From: Octopus sinensis
Taxonomy: Eukaryota
Direction of reading: 5' to 3'
Assembly (NCBI RefSeq): GCF_006345805.1
Contig: NC_043002.1
Location: forward strand, 12,958,001 to 13,022,000
DNA length: 64,000 nt
The notes under the pieces: model-generated
Seen by the model: the letters and a program-made list of their open reading frames with translations, nothing else
Told to the model about the DNA's origin: nothing
Databases searched by the model: none
Translations under genes and position numbers: made by a program
Shown here: piece by piece, positions 42,930 through 57,885 of the stretch
How positions within the stretch are numbered: the first letter of the stretch is position 1
How the letters are laid out: the number at the start of each line of letters is the position of its first letter

Positions 42930-44699
42930 CGTGTCTACTATATAGGTTGATATATATATCATTGCTTCATACATTGTGCAGTGTCTTCCCTGTTCTCTAG
43001 CTTCAGATATGAAGTAAAGTGTTAAACAACCATGGTGCACAGATTAATGGCTCCTGTTCTGTGGAACTACTACATTCGATGTGTATACAAACGGAGGGCC
43101 TACCTGTTCCTCTAGGATTGGCCATGTGATGTAGATACCACTGATGAGATACCGATAAGGATCGAAAACTGATTAAGGTGGTTCAGAGGAACATGTGCGT
43201 ATGTCTAAGTTTTACATATATTCTTTTGTCTCTCCAAGTAAAAAATAAATTTTAGGACATTGTTTGGTATTACAGAATTCTAAAAAACCTATATACGCAA
43301 AACCACGTGAGGCGTTTCAGAACTGTTCTACATATTTTTACTATATTGTGATATTATTGGTAAGGGTTATTGCCAAATAGTATATTATTATTTGGTACTT
43401 TCTCAAAATAATCTTTGCTTAGTTTTTTCGTGGCATATCAAAGATCAGCGATGTATATTGATAAAAATATGAAAATAATGAAAAGAACGGTGATTATATA
43501 TTATATAACTATTACATTCAATAGTTTTCTTTGTGCTAATTTTGGACAAGATATTTACACTAAACCTCCACGTAATTTCATTCATTCATCTATATATTTG
43601 AACTGTTCTGTTATCAATTGATAAGATTGTGTATATATGAGTATTTGTATGTAATATTGAATGTTTGTTTGGGTGTGTCTATTACAGCAAAGTAATCGCC
43701 GTTCACTTTTGTCGGTGTTTAGACAGCGTCAACACTTTTTCTGTCTTTGTATTCACGTGTTTTCCACTGTATGTCTACGAATCTATCTTTATATGCGCGT
43801 GTGTGAATGGATCTGTGTATTCATGTGCCTTGTGAGCGACATAACAGAGAGAAATGAATGAATTTGATCAATGAGTACATTTATAATCTCAGTAGAAAAA
43901 TTGTAGATTTTCTAACAGTTGTCCACACACGATATTTTTTAAGATTTTGGCTGTGTGGCTTAGAACCTTGCTTTGCAACGATGCGGTTTCGGTTTCTATT
44001 CCACTGCGTGGCAGGTCAGGCAAGTGTCTTCTATTATAGCTCTGAGTCAACCAAAACATTGTGAATGTATTTGCTAGACGGAAACTGTGTCGAATCCCGT
44101 CGTTATACACATATGCGTTCGTGCGTGTGTGTCTGCCTCTTGCATCGCCCGATAACCTGTGTTTGTTTGCTTACATCCCATTAAATTAGTGGTTCGACAG
44201 AAGAAACCTATAGAATAAGTACCAGACTTAAAAAGATACTAGAAGTTGATACACTAGATATAAATCCTTCCAGGGGTGCTCCAGCATGGTCACAACAAGA
44301 TAAAGGATACAACATCTGCCATATTAACGGATCTGCATATAGTACACAATCTTCATTTTCTGTTTCAAAAATCTTTGATAAGTCTGATATATTTAGAATT
44401 GGTTGAGATTTTAAATATTTCTTGTTTTGGAATGGCTATAAAATGGATACAACGCGCCGCTCCATCAAGTGGTAACAGTCAAAATAACATGTACTAAAAC
44501 TTCTGTAAGTGTAGCTTTACTACAAACGGATATCCTGTGTATGAACTAAAATAACATCCGTCCGGTAGTGGGGACCCGGTTTGGGAGTTCCAGGATCTGA
44601 GGAACCAGCTCTTGCCCATTATTATTCCCTGACAGGCGCTAATACTCTGACCTGGAGTATTAGCAACGTCAGACGTCCAGCTATGTGTTAATTACCATT

Positions 44700-45460
44700 T
44701 TAGGAATTGCCTCAAGAAAAAAAGGTACTCGCAGACATTCAAACGTACCTAGGACAATTGAAGCCACTCAACTCTTTAACAGTTCATCTAAGAGAATGTA
44801 ACTTCATACAAATCCCACATCCTAATAACCACCGGACTCGGGACATTTAATACAAGTTTGAAGGCCGAGAGAGTGTAGAAAAGTTTCTACACATATCTGT
44901 CATTTCACCAATTGGGGTTTTGGTCTTGATTCAAGTTTTTCACACAAAAAAGTAACAAAAATAATGTCATATTCGTGAGGTGTAACCTTAAGTAACAGTT
45001 TGGCACGGATTAAATGGAGGTTCTTAGTGGTATAGGACTTCATGTTTAACAAAATAATAAGCTTTGAACTACTTGTTATTGCAACGTTTCACCATAGATT
45101 AGACTTAAAGCAATTAATGTGGCCAGTATATATTCGTGTCTTAACGTTGCTAGCTATGTTGGTACCTATGTGCAGATAGAAGGACTCTGTATTAATTTCA
45201 AATTGTCGTTACGTAAGCTAAAGAGTTCTGTGCAATTTTGTAGGTAAAGTGAGGTTAATATCTAAGAAATTTAGCATGCCATGGTTATTTTGTAATTTAG
45301 GTAATTTTATATCAACATTTTTGAATGCTTAGTAAGACATTTTCTAAATATATCAAACGTATGCTTGTTGGCAAGTTGGCATATAGCTAAGCCTACGATC
45401 AAAGCCTGTAGTGGATCTATGTTATATAGCCCACTAAGTCTCAGCACTATGGTATACTCC
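44700..45460 (-). mobile_element. Possible very decayed Penelope-like RT fragment
   Basis: The minus strand has NHGMLNFLDINL followed by YLHIGT, in the order expected for Penelope RT. There are many stops. Confidence 0.3.
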
Positions 45461-45519
45461 CATTCTTATATTCTTTGATATACTAAGCACCAGGCCCGAA
45501 ATATTTGAGGAGGGGCCCA

Positions 45520-46040
45520 GTCGATGAGATCGACGCCAGTACGTAACTGGTACTTAATTTATCGACTCCGAAAGTATGAAAGTAAAGTCGACCGCGTCAG
45601 AATTTGAACTCAGAACATAATGACGGGCGAAATACCTATTTCTTTACTACCCACAAGTGGCTAAACACAGAAAGGACAAACAAGGTTAAATAAATGGATC
45701 GATTATATCGACCCCAGTACGTAACTGGTACGTAATTTATCGACTACGAAAAGATGAAAGGCAAAGTCGACCTCGGCGGAATTTGAACTCAGAACGTAGC
45801 GGCAGGCGAAGTATCTATTTCTTTACTACCCATAAGAGAGGACAAACAAAGACAGACAAAGGGATTAAGTCGATTATATCGACCCCAGTGCCTAACTGGT
45901 ACTTATTTAATCGACCCCGAAAGGATGAAAGGCAAAGTCGACCTCGGCAGAATTCGAACTCAGAACGTAACGGCAGACGAAATACCGGTAAGCATTTCGC
46001 CCGGCGTGCTAACGTGTCTGCCAACTCACCGCCTGCATAT
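45520..46040 (-). repeat. Tandem trimer of SINE family 2
   Basis: Same GAAATACCTATTTCTTTACTACCC junction. Confidence 0.85.
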
Positions 46041-47026
46041 CCTGTGGCCGTTACATCAGAATCTTGGAATTAAATCGTTTAATTTGTGAGACATTAACAA
46101 AAAGCTGAGATTTTCTAGCAATATTAATAACGTCTGTCATTATCCGTTATATTGTTAAGGTGCCGAGCCGGCAGAATCGTTAGCACGCTGGGTGAAATGC
46201 CTACCGGTATTTTCCGCGTCGCTACATTCTCAGTTCAAATTCCGCCGCGGTCGACTTTGCCTTTCATCCTATCGGGGTCGATTAAATAAGAACCAGTTAA
46301 ATACTGGCGTCGATGTAATCTACAAGCCCTTCTCCACAAATTTCAGACCTGGTGCCTATAATAGAAGGGATTATCAATTATATTGTTATTCATCTCAGCA
46401 AATTCTAGTCCATTGGCAAGAAAGGACAGAGACGATGGATTAAAATTCTACAATATCGAGTGTGGTGAATTTTGTGTCATTTTTAACATTTTTATTCATT
46501 ATTAAATCCAGTAATATCTTTGTAGTATTTTTCTATTATTCGAAGTTGGTTACTTGACGAATCCTTCTGCTTGAAATTTAATTGCAAATTAATCCGATCT
46601 TGGATTTCTGAAGATTAATTAATCTATGTAAGAGCTACGAGCAGAATTAAAGTTATTATCATGAACAAATATACACCTAGCGTTTAAATAATATCCTAAT
46701 TTATAATCTAATCATATATTGCTTAGTTCAGTCAACGGTTGCACAGTTGGAATCACTTGTCCAAAGATATTTAGGTGACAGTTACTTTCGGTACTGGTTT
46801 CGATACTAGAGGTACAAGTAACAGTTTGGTATCCGTTTTCATCCCCACAAAGGTCTAACCAGTGGCAAGAAATGAAAGACGGGAGTAGCAAACACAAGAA
46901 GCATGTAATAACTACAAGCACTAGTGCTCCAACCCAGAGGCACAAACGTTCGATCCCCAACCAATTTGGAGGGAAGTATGTCTATGTCTCTCTCTCTTTT
47001 TCTTTCTCTCTCTCTCTCTCTCTCTC

Positions 47027-47066
<40 letters not shown>

Positions 47067-47086
47067 CATACATAAATATACTTCTA

Positions 47087-48337
47087 TCAGGTCATCCCAT
47101 AAGTTATGTCCGAATTTTGAATTTTTAAAAAAGTGAACAAATGTTATATTTAATTGAAATTTAATCATCAATGTACTTTTCCTGATTATCTATGACTTCC
47201 TTTTTAATCCTATCGATGTAAAACTATTTTTGTTTCAAAGCAAAGAACTCTGAAATGTCAGTTTTGACCTCCGCCTGGCTTGCGTAAATTATGTCCCGCA
47301 AATGATTCTGTAAACTACAAAACAAATTGTAGTCTGAAGGAGCAAGGTCGGGAAAATAAGGCGGATGAAGAATTTTTTCCCAACTAAGACCTTCGATCTT
47401 CTGTGATGTGATCTTTGCAGTGTGGGGTCGCGCATTGTCCTGATGAAACATCACTCCTTTTCGATTCACTAAAGTGGGTCTTTTTTTCTTCAAAGCTTGG
47501 TTCAAATGCTCTAATTACTGACAGGAGACTTGAGCATTGAATGTTGCATTAGGTGGTAACAATTCAAAGTGAATTACTCCTTTGCAATCCCACTAGATAG
47601 AGAGAAGAACCTTTTCCCCATGAAGTTCCCTTCTCGGTTGTGGTTGAACTTTTACCTTTTACCAAGCCACTGTTTACGACGTTTAACATTTCGATAGAAG
47701 ATCCATTTTCCGTCACCAGTCATAAATCTATCCAAAAAGGGTTAAATGAGTTCGCGAGAATGGAGAGAAGAGCAGATGTCAACTCGGGATTTGCGGTTAC
47801 TTTCGGACAACTTATGATGCACCCATTTTCCAAGTTGTTGAAGATGACGATGAACAGTTTTGTGGTTTGAACTAAGCTTTATTGCTAATTCTTCAACTGA
47901 TAATGTAGGATTTTCTTCAAGTAATGCCTCAAGAAGCTTATCCTCAAACTCAACTGGACATCCTGATCGATCATCATCTTCAAGGCTGAAATCTCCACTT
48001 CTAAATTTTGCAAACCATCTCCTGCAAGTTCTTTCATTCAAGCATTCTTTCCCATAAACTGAGTGTATGTTTCGAGTCGCTTCGGCTGTAGAGTCTCCTT
48101 TTTTTGTACTCATAAAGCATTATGTGCTTCAAATGCTCTTTGGATACTTCCATGTTAGAAAGGGTTTTAATCAAATGAATTTTAATTCTATTATTCTGTA
48201 AAATAATATTTAATTAGTTTAAATGTACACTAACGCATAAAAATAATTTTTAATTCCATTAGACATTCTAAAATACAATTAAATTTCATTCAATTTTAAA
48301 AAAGGTAAAATCGGACAGAACTTATGGGATGACCTGA
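47087..48337 (-). mobile_element. Full-length inactive mariner (DD34D) transposon
   Basis: TIRs TCAGGTCATCCCATAAGTT(A/C)TGTCCG flanked by TA. ATG at 48153 starts MEVSKEHLKHIMLYEYKK, with a +1 frameshift in an A7 run. Motifs include WFAKFRSGD, WVHHKL, TGDGKWIFY and HQDNARPH..34 aa..PDLAPSDY. Internal stops are present. Confidence 0.95.
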
Positions 48338-48339
48338 TA

Positions 48340-48710
48340 TATATATACTCTTTACTCTTTTTACTCTTTTACTTGTTTCAGTCATTTGACTGCGGCCATG
48401 CTGGAGCACCGCCTTTAGTCGAGCAAATCGACCCCGGGACTTATTCTTTGTAAGCCCAGTACTTATTCTATCGGTCTCTTTTGCCGAACCGCTAAGTGAC
48501 GGGGACGTAAATATACCAGCCAGCATCGGTTGTCAAGCAATGTTAGGGGGACAAACACAGACACACAAACACATACACACACATACATATATACATATAT
48601 ACATATATACGACAGGCTTCTTTCAGTTTCCGTCTACCAAATCCACTCACAAGGCATTGGTCGGCCCGGGGCTATAGCAGAAGACACTTGCCCAAGATGC
48701 CACGCATATA
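48340..48710 (-). mobile_element. SINE family 3, 5'-truncated
   Basis: (CTCTTTTA)n tail and conserved body. Confidence 0.8.
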
Positions 48711-48830
48711 TATATATTTCTGCGTGTGTGTCGGAAAAAACAAGATTTTAAGCTAATAAAATGTACATAAACCTATAGACACATGCATGGATATATGAAC
48801 ATGTATACGCATGTATACATACGTATATAT

Positions 48831-48870
<40 letters not shown>

Positions 48871-49139
48871 TGTGTGTGTGGTGTGTGTGTGTGTACCTAG
48901 AATCGCACATAGATAGAGATGCTAACAAACAGACAAACAATGAAAGGTTTCTCGGACAGGCTTGGTTCCTTTTGAAAAACCTGTCCCGCCTAACCCAGAA
49001 AGTAAACGAACATTTCGTCTGGCCTTCACCAACCAGTTATCACACACACGCACAGATACCCACACACGCGTACACGCACTACACTCACTCTCACGCTCTC
49101 ACACTCACAGTCACACTCAAACATGTGAAAATATACAAT

Positions 49140-49154
49140 TATATATGTATCTTT

Positions 49155-49194
<40 letters not shown>

Positions 49195-49251
49195 CTTTCT
49201 ATCTATCTATATATCTGTCTCGCTCTCTTCGTTTATTTCTCAATGCATCAG

Positions 49252-49303
<52 letters not shown>

Positions 49304-49304
49304 A

Positions 49305-49402
<98 letters not shown>

Positions 49403-49750
49403 CTCTATCTGTCTGTCCCACCATATATCTATCTATCTATCTATCTATCTATTTTTGTTCTTTTCTTCCCTTTTACGATCCCTCTTGATCGAAAACCTAC
49501 GCCACCCCCTTTTTTTTCTTTTGTTTTTTGTTCTCTTCATCCCCAAAGAAAAGCTCTACCTTGTAACTTGTCCCATCTGTGTGCAGCCCTGTGTGGCCAA
49601 TAAAGAAACTTATCTATCTATCTGTTTATCTCCCTCTATCTATCTATCAATCTATCTATTTGTCTATCTATCTATCTCCCTCTATCTATCTATGTCTATC
49701 TATCTATCTATATCTATCTATCTATCTATCTATCATCATCTATCTATCAA

Positions 49751-49811
<61 letters not shown>

Positions 49812-49832
49812 CTCTCTCTCTCTATATATATA

Positions 49833-49872
<40 letters not shown>

Positions 49873-49903
49873 CCCTCTATCTATCTACGTATCTATCTAT
49901 CTG

Positions 49904-49952
<49 letters not shown>

Positions 49953-49955
49953 ATC

Positions 49956-49991
<36 letters not shown>

Positions 49992-50180
49992 GTATCCCTC
50001 TATCTATCTACAGTATCTATCTATCTGTCACTCTATCTATCTATCTATCTATCATCTATCTATCTATCTTATCTATATCTATATATATATATAATGGCGT
50101 GTGTGTGTGTGTGTGTGTGTGTGTATCCCTCTATCTATCTACGTATCTATTATATCTATCATCTATCTATCTATCTATTG
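49140..50180. repeat. Extended (TC)n/(TATC)n/(TG)n compound microsatellite field
   Basis: Direct reading. Source of the 348-aa YLSI ORF. Confidence 0.95.
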
Positions 50181-50377
50181 CCTATCTATCTGCTCATCAA
50201 AAATATACTTATGGAAATAAGTATGTTTGTTTCTATATATATGTATACGTATGTATGTATGTATATATATGTGTGTGTGTGTGTTTACACACACAGGCAC
50301 ATATATATATACACATATATTCACACGCACATACACACACACACACACACACAACACACACACACACAAATATATAT

Positions 50378-50409
<32 letters not shown>

Positions 50410-50772
50410 CACACACATTTATGAAACAAATAAAAAAAAATTTAGCCCGTGAAAGAAAGCCAGACATGTTGTTGATTAGAGGCAAATATCAACACAGGTG
50501 AACAATAGTGTTTTGCAGCCTTCGTTTGTCAACTCACTTTACAGGCTTTGGGGATGTGCGGCGGGGTTAGTTACCTGTGCCCACTTCAGTCTGTCTGTCT
50601 GTGTATATGCGTATTTGTGCGAGCGAGGATCTCTGTTCTGTTTATGCCTCTATGTGTGCTCGTATGTATATATATGTGGTGGTTGTGTGTATGTATATGC
50701 TTATATATACATATAGATATATAATATATATGTATATATATATATATATTACATATATGTATGTTATATATA

Positions 50773-50820
<48 letters not shown>

Positions 50821-50930
50821 TACATATATATATATTCATATATATGATATATATATATATGTAAGTATGTATATAATTGTATTTGTATAAATAGAAATAT
50901 ATGTGTGTGTGTGTATGTATATGCTTATAT

Positions 50931-50979
<49 letters not shown>

Positions 50980-51044
50980 GTGTGTGTATACATAATATAT
51001 ATATATATATATATATATGCATATATATATATATATAATAATAC

Positions 51045-51170
<126 letters not shown>

Positions 51171-51489
51171 CATACATACATACATATATATATATATATA
51201 TTTAAGCTTAAAGTTATAAAATGTTATTGCTGTTGTTTACAGGATTGGAAAAATCGACACTGCTTACCAAAAGCAATCGCATATATTCGCACGCGCGCGC
51301 GCGTGCACACACGCATATATGTATGTATGTATAACGATTGCCACTTCTTTAGAGAAGAATGCTATCTCTTCAATTAATAAACATTGTTATGAGATCTTAT
51401 ATGACTGGCAAGTCCTGTTCTTTAACAGCAAACACTACTGCCAATCTTGCAGATATTTTAAAGCAGAAAAGTGGCTGAGAGTGTAGTTA

Positions 51490-51760
51490 AGTCCTACCTA
51501 TGAAGTGCTTGTTTCAAGATAAAGTGTTCAATTCTTCGAGCTTCAAATTCTTTACATCTGTTGTAGATTATTTGTTTCCAAACCGATCGATCTTGAGTCA
51601 TCGGCCCCCAGCATTCAACTTTCCCATTAAGAGCCTTAAGGTTGCTTTTGACAGACCCTAAAACGTTTCTTAGGTTTATATCTCGGACTTTGCCACGATG
51701 CAACACCTCGTAAAACAACTGCTTTGGCAAACTGTCATTCTGCATTCTAGCATGCTAAAA
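51490..51760 (-). mobile_element. RTE LINE 3' end fragment
   Basis: MQNDSLPKQLFYEVL..GK..LKSNLKAL..W..MTQDRSVWKQII..CKEFEARRI. Confidence 0.75.
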
Positions 51761-51921
51761 TGCAGGAATATGTATATATATATAGAGAGAGAAGTGGTAA
51801 GTAGCTTGCTTACGAATCACATGGTTCTCGGTTCAGTCCCACTGCGTGGCACCTTGTGAGTGGATTTGGTTGACGGAAACTGAAAGAGACCCGTCGCATA
51901 TACGTATGTATATATATATAT

Positions 51922-51975
<54 letters not shown>

Positions 51976-51977
51976 GT

Positions 51978-52009
<32 letters not shown>

Positions 52010-52084
52010 GAGTGTATATGTTTGTGTGTCTATATTTGACCCCCAACATCGCTTGACAACCGATGCTGCTGTTTACCAATATAC

Positions 52085-52280
52085 TATAGTACTCCTGGTC
52101 TACGATGACTGCTGCTGTAATTTAGCTCCAGGAGACATCGTCTCCAGCTGTCTGTACGTCACGATCTGTGTTCTTATATTTTCGAACATATAAGGAAACA
52201 TCGTGTCGTATAGCCAGCTGGAGACGTTGTCTCCTGGGGCTAAATTACAGCAACATTCGTCCTATGCCAGGACTGCCATA
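52085..52280. mobile_element. Fold-back/MITE-like element
   Basis: GCTGTAATTTAGCTCCAGGAGACATCGTCTCCAGCTG pairs with CAGCTGGAGACGTTGTCTCCTGGGGCTAAATTACAGC. Confidence 0.6.
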
Positions 52281-55200
52281 TTATGTTGGCAAACAATCTT
52301 TACTCCAAAGTACTGTTGCTGAATATCTCTCGTTGTAACATTTAAAAATAGTAATTTTCTAATATTTTTCTATTTGTGCATTAAGGCTACCATTGGTTTC
52401 ATGTTAAGAAAAATATCTTAATAACTTAGCAATTTTTCAAGCCGATCACATGGAGAAATGGTGTTTGTCTCCATTCTGAATGAATGAATAAATATATATA
52501 TTATTTCGTGTTGCGACCAAGATGCGTGCATGGTAGCAGAATTTTCCACTCCTTTCATATATAACAATCTACTCCAGATCGTTGATAGTGTATCCTCATA
52601 GATGGAGTCCAGGCCAGCTAGTTTGTAGTGGTATGGAGTCATAATTTGGAATAAAAGAAGTCACACCAAATGGGGATAATTTGTATTTGTTGAAAACGTA
52701 TGTTCTATGTTTGCGTAATGTGTAATAGGAAATGTGATTAAATATAATGATAAGCCCGGTTGTGTGTTGGAGCTAAACCATGCAGTCCGTTTGTGAATGG
52801 CGTGATATGGGGATGTACATCAATGTGTCCTTGTATTAGATACATAAAACTCGTTCTCTGTTGAGGATTGGCGTATTTCAAAGGTAAACTTCGCTTTGTA
52901 CTGGTGAACGCTTTCATGCAGAGATAAACATTGATGTGTTTTGATGCTTGACTGTTACATTGTAATGACTAAGATGTCGCTATATTGATAAAAGAGGTAA
53001 ATTAAAACGGAAACTTGTCTTATCATTCTGAGTAACATAACATAAAGGTGAACCTCATTATGTACAGGTGAGTGTTTTAATATGGAAATATATCACAGTG
53101 TGTCTTACTCGATGATTATCTCATTACAATAGCGAAAACTCTGTTGTCTTCGTAAAAGGGGCAAAATAAAATTAAACCATTATATGTTGGTTGGTGATGT
53201 AATTTAGACGTCACCCCTTTCTCTGTATTGATTCCCATGGTATTGTGAGTATCCCCTGCTGGCCAAATCTAGACGCGGTTTCGATTTATCTTCGGTGTCA
53301 TTTCATATTAGTTGCATTTTTAATTCCAATCATAGAAGAATTAATATATTGCACATCTAATCAATCAGTGCCTGTCAGAATCATTAGAGCGTCGGCAAAA
53401 AAGCTTGGTGGCATTTCCTTCGGCTATTTTTATTTTCCAATTTCAAATTCTCTCAAGGTCGACTTCGCCTTCCACGCTTCTAGGGTCGATGAAATAAGTC
53501 AAGGAAGGTGGTTGACATAGTCAACCTCCCGTCAGAATTGCTGATTTTGTGTCAAAATTAAAAAATATTAATTATTATCAATATTAAGGCGGCTAGCTGG
53601 CAGAATTGTTAGCACGCCGGACGAAATACTTAGCGGTATTTTGCCAGTCGATATGTTCTGAGTTCAACTTCCGCCGAGGTTGACTTTCCCTTTCATCCTT
53701 TCCGGGTCGATAAATTAATTACCAGTTGAGTACTGGAGTCGATGTAATCGACTATGCCTATCTCACAAATTTCAGGCCTTGTGCCTATAATAAGGCGGCG
53801 AGGTGGGCGAATCATTAGCGCGACAGATTAAAATGTTTAGCGGCATTTCGTATGGCTATTTTTGTTCTGAGTTCAAATTCAATAGAAGTCGACTTTGTCT
53901 TTCATGTTTTCAGGGTCAACAAAATAGTACCATTCAAGTACTACCTACCCTAAAATGTCTGGCCTTATTCCAAAATTAGAAAGAATTATTCTGTTGGTGA
54001 TGGATGGACATAGTGGTTCTTGATGAGACTCCAAGATATAAAAATATTGATTTCAAATTTTGGTGGAAGGATTAGTCGATTATATCAACACCAGATTCCA
54101 ACTGGTATCTAGTTTACCGACCCCTAAAAGACAAAGACCAAAGTTAATTTCGATGGAATTTAAACTCGGAATGTAAAGATGGACGAAATGCCGTTAAGCA
54201 TTTTCTCCGACGTGCTAACCAGCTCACCATCTTACCGAGATATCAATATTGGTTTCAAGCTTTGGCAAAAAGCCAGCAATTTCGGGGAAGGAGTAAGTCG
54301 AAAACATTGACCTTAGTGATCAACTGGTACTTATTTAATCGACCCCTGACAATGATTAAATCGTCATTCGCCTCCTTCCGTGAATATAAGTAGCCAGATG
54401 GTTAGGGTGTTCGGCTGGTGTCAGTAAGGCCGTGGACTTAATTCTTGGACCATGCATTAATGTACTTTATTTACGATTGCTCCAGTCTGCCCCTCTGAAA
54501 TGAATAACAGCGGTTGATGCTGCAGCCTTGTCTCCCACCAGTTTTAGCGGGTCAAGAAGATGCCTATGTCAGCATGCGACTACATAAGCACCTTGTATCA
54601 TTTGGTGCAGTTTACCAAGCCATCCCATGAGATTTCCCGTGACATTGGTTTTGTTATCTACTGTCCAATGGTGGAGCCTTGTACCTTTGTTAGAAACCAG
54701 CTTCTTCAAAGCAAAAATTTAAATAATTAAAAACAGAGAATGATCATATATACACAGTTTCAAAGAGAAAGCTAGATTATGTATACCGAAGTATGTATAG
54801 TGTTTGGTTTCAATCCGTTATCCTAGGGAAGCTAGTGAACGTCAACGTCGGCAAAATTTAACTCATACCCAATCATATGGAATGAGGATATGAAATGAGG
54901 ACAATATTTTCAATCCCAGGTAATCTCTAAATCATTAAAAATATAATCAGATATGTTCTAGCTATGGCTAGCCTGTCTGTTTTCCCCCCGAAATTTTAAA
55001 CCTTATTTTACATAATCCAATGTGATTTTGCATGTTTAAGATACTAGAATTGATGTAGTTGCTGTTTCTAGTAAATCATGCAACCAAGTAGAGGTTACAC
55101 GATTCGCTCCCACGCATTATATTCCTCTTACATACATAAAGCAACACATTGTTGACCAGACGTGAGAGAAATTATTGTCATACAAATCTAGTTTAAAATA

Positions 55201-56369
55201 TCTTTGGAAACCCATACGAATGCCGTCCTGCTGTTTCTTCTGAAGTTAATAACAAAACTAATTGTAGCATTATCCTACGCGCTTGTTTGAGTTCAGATAT
55301 ACCTATCCTTGATTATTATAGATTCATTCATCATTGATACGGGATACCGCTCTACGCTCAATTATGAGCCATGTTATACTTATCACGGACTGATAACAAG
55401 GGTCAAAGTCTGATAACAGGAATGCAAAGTCATGCCCAAGTAAACATTCACAATGCTCAGGACAACTTCAGGTTGCGGACGAAACCTTTTCTACGAATTG
55501 TCTGTTATACATTTATGATTGATTCATTTAACATGGTGTTCTTTGTAATTAAACACCCGTAATAAACGAGGATAGATATGTTACTAAATTCAGCTACAAC
55601 TCCAAGCCTCTTTGCTGTTGATACAAGTAGCAGTAATGTAATTTTTAATGCTAATTGTACTATCACAGTAATTCCAATGAACGCCAATGATTGCTTAACA
55701 CCAAATCAGTCATAACAGACCACGAGACATATAAGGAAAATGAGGTCTTGGGGCTAAGCTTAAGCCGTCGCCATACACTGGCTTAGCTAGAGTGTGTCGC
55801 CTGTAGCGGCCATTGAGCTCGCTATTATCCAACCCCGTGCTTTAAGTCCGGTGCACGCTTATACAGCAGACCCCAAAGTGATGTCCCTACAAGCGCTTCA
55901 CCCGAGGCGGACCATCCTGCTCCCATTCTCGCGACGCTACTATCGCCAGGGTCAACATCCCTGTGAGTCTTTAAAGGATCTTCTCTGTCGCAAATATTCT
56001 TGGCTAGTTCTCTGGTCTGCAGATACTTTACTCCCTTCCTCCCACCAATCATAGAGGTCCTGTAAAGAGTCATAGGCACTGCCCTTCCGCATCTGAGAAA
56101 GCCATAAAAAATCGTAACCATTCCGTCTTTGACTATAATATCTAATGTGTCCTTCATTTATTTAACGCGTTGTTCATGCAGATTTGGCTGCTTTATCTGT
56201 AAATTAGCAGTTGTATGTTAATATTATGATTCGAGGGATATTTGGTCACTTTTTCTAGTAGCTCGATCACTCATGAGAGGGCTTCCTCGTTAGTACTAAT
56301 GAAAATTATCTCATACAAAACTCTACCCACAGTAGGATCTGGTCTTAGTAATGTCAACTAATGTAACAT

Positions 56370-56835
56370 GCCCATTTCTTTATTACCTACAAGGGGCTAA
56401 ACACAGAGGAGACAAACAAGGGCAGACATAGGTATTAAGTCGATTACATCGACCCCAGTGCATAACTGGTACTTAATTTATCTATCCCGAAAGGATGAAA
56501 GGCAAAGTCGACCTCGGCAGAATTTGAACTCAGAACGTAACAGCAGACGAAATACCGCTAAGCATTTCGCCCGGCGTGCTAACGATTCAGCCAGCTCACC
56601 TATTTCTTTATTACCCACAAGGGGCTAAACATAGAGGGGACAAACAAGGACAGACATAAGTATTAAGTCGAATACATCGACCCCAGTGCATAACTGGTAC
56701 TTAATTTATCGACCCCGAAAGGATGAAAGGCAAAGTCGACCTCGGCGGAATTTGAACTCAGAACGTAACGGCAGACGAAATACCGCTAAGCATTTCGCCC
56801 GGCGTGCTAATGTTTCTGCCAGCTCGCCGCCTTAA
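56370..56835 (-). repeat. Head-to-tail dimer of two full SINE family 2 copies
   Basis: The junction GCCAGCTCACC/TATTTCTTTATTACCC differs from the array junction. Confidence 0.85.
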
Positions 56836-57647
56836 CTAATGTAACATCCCGTAACTTAAAATCGCAAGTTTGTTTCTATTCAGTAGCAACTATTGTTTTT
56901 TTTAATGGATTACTCCACTCTGACATGTCCCTCGGTTACAAATATTGTGTACCACTGATGGTTACATATTAACCGCTAGTCATTACCTATTTACAACATG
57001 GTCACCTAGTGAAGTTAGCCTGTGTTTTCGACCATCCTGTATAGTAGCCATATTGGCTGCAGTTTTCCTTAAAAGCAATAAACCTTCATCTATACACAGA
57101 CACACGTTTATAAAATCGCTGCCCTGTCATTTGCTTACTTTATATTCTATTGTTCTTAGTCCGTTTGACTGTATTCAGAGTCTTTCGTCAAAACAAGAAA
57201 TGTAGTTACCATCAAACCTGTACAGAAACCATTACAGCCCCGAAAACGCGTTCATAGGTTGAGAGCTACTGTTACATTACAAGTTTATTACATATACCGC
57301 AACACTACAACAATTATATCAATAATTATATGTAATGTACAGGACTCGATTTCCGATCGGCTCTTGTATTATATCACCTACAAGAATTAACCTTGTATCT
57401 AGTCAAAAGATATAAATATTTACTGTTGTTTTTCTTTATTATATAGGTTCGATATTATTTATTGTTTTCTTTACAAATGTATCATTTATGAATATCGTCT
57501 GCTGTTAGTATCGCAGCTGATATTGTCGTTGTTATTGTTCTTGTTGTTACTGAACTGTTGCCGTTGCTTCGTTGTTATTGCTGTTGGTGTTGCTGTCATT
57601 ATTGTTAATTCTCTCCTCATGGAAGATGGCTCAATTTGCTTCTTTTT

Positions 57648-57653
57648 TTTATT
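57648..57653 (-). promoter_or_regulatory. Candidate polyadenylation signal of gene A
   Basis: AATAAA on the minus strand ~24 nt after the stop. Further AATAAA hexamers lie at ~57435-57463. Confidence 0.4.
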
Positions 57654-57676
57654 TCTAATATCGAGGGCTTTATGCT

Positions 57677-57885
57677 TCAGTGGTCTAATTTACAGCTGGG
57701 TACGTTGGAACGGAAATCGCATTGTTGTTTAGCAGGGTTGAACACTGTACCCGAAGCACACTGTTGTGGGGTCTGGTCATTTGAATCGCAGGATATATAC
57801 TGGCTGCAGTCTCCCGGATAAGTGATAAGGATGTGGCCTTTGCCTCGCGCTACATTGCACTCTGATCGGAATTTGCTGAGACTTG
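57677..57885 (-). CDS. Gene A terminal exon: CBM14 domain
   Basis: Polypyrimidine tract + taacAG at 57886-7, phase 1. Reads (A)SLSKFRSECNVARGKGHILITYPGDCSQYISCDSNDQTPQQCASGTVFNPAKQQCDFRSNVPSCKLDH*. Cys spacing is 16-5-9-12-8. Not in the ORF track. Confidence 0.9.

Noticed and set aside
43136-43183. CTGATGA-stem-GAAA hammerhead-like motif
   Set aside because: Stem II and ACCA/TGGT pairing exist, but the UH triplet is not adjacent to stem I. At best it is a decayed copy.
44400-45460. Possible mitochondrial insertion (numt)
   Set aside because: No recognisable mitochondrial gene or tRNA. The remnants fit a retroelement better.
49455-50501. Longest ORF (348 aa)
   Set aside because: It is translated (TATC)n/(TG)n/(TA)n microsatellite.
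55825-56157. 110-aa ORF in a GC-richer patch
   Set aside because: No domain recognised. Another frame has a YDSLQDLYDWWEEG remnant suggestive of a decayed LINE, too weak to call.
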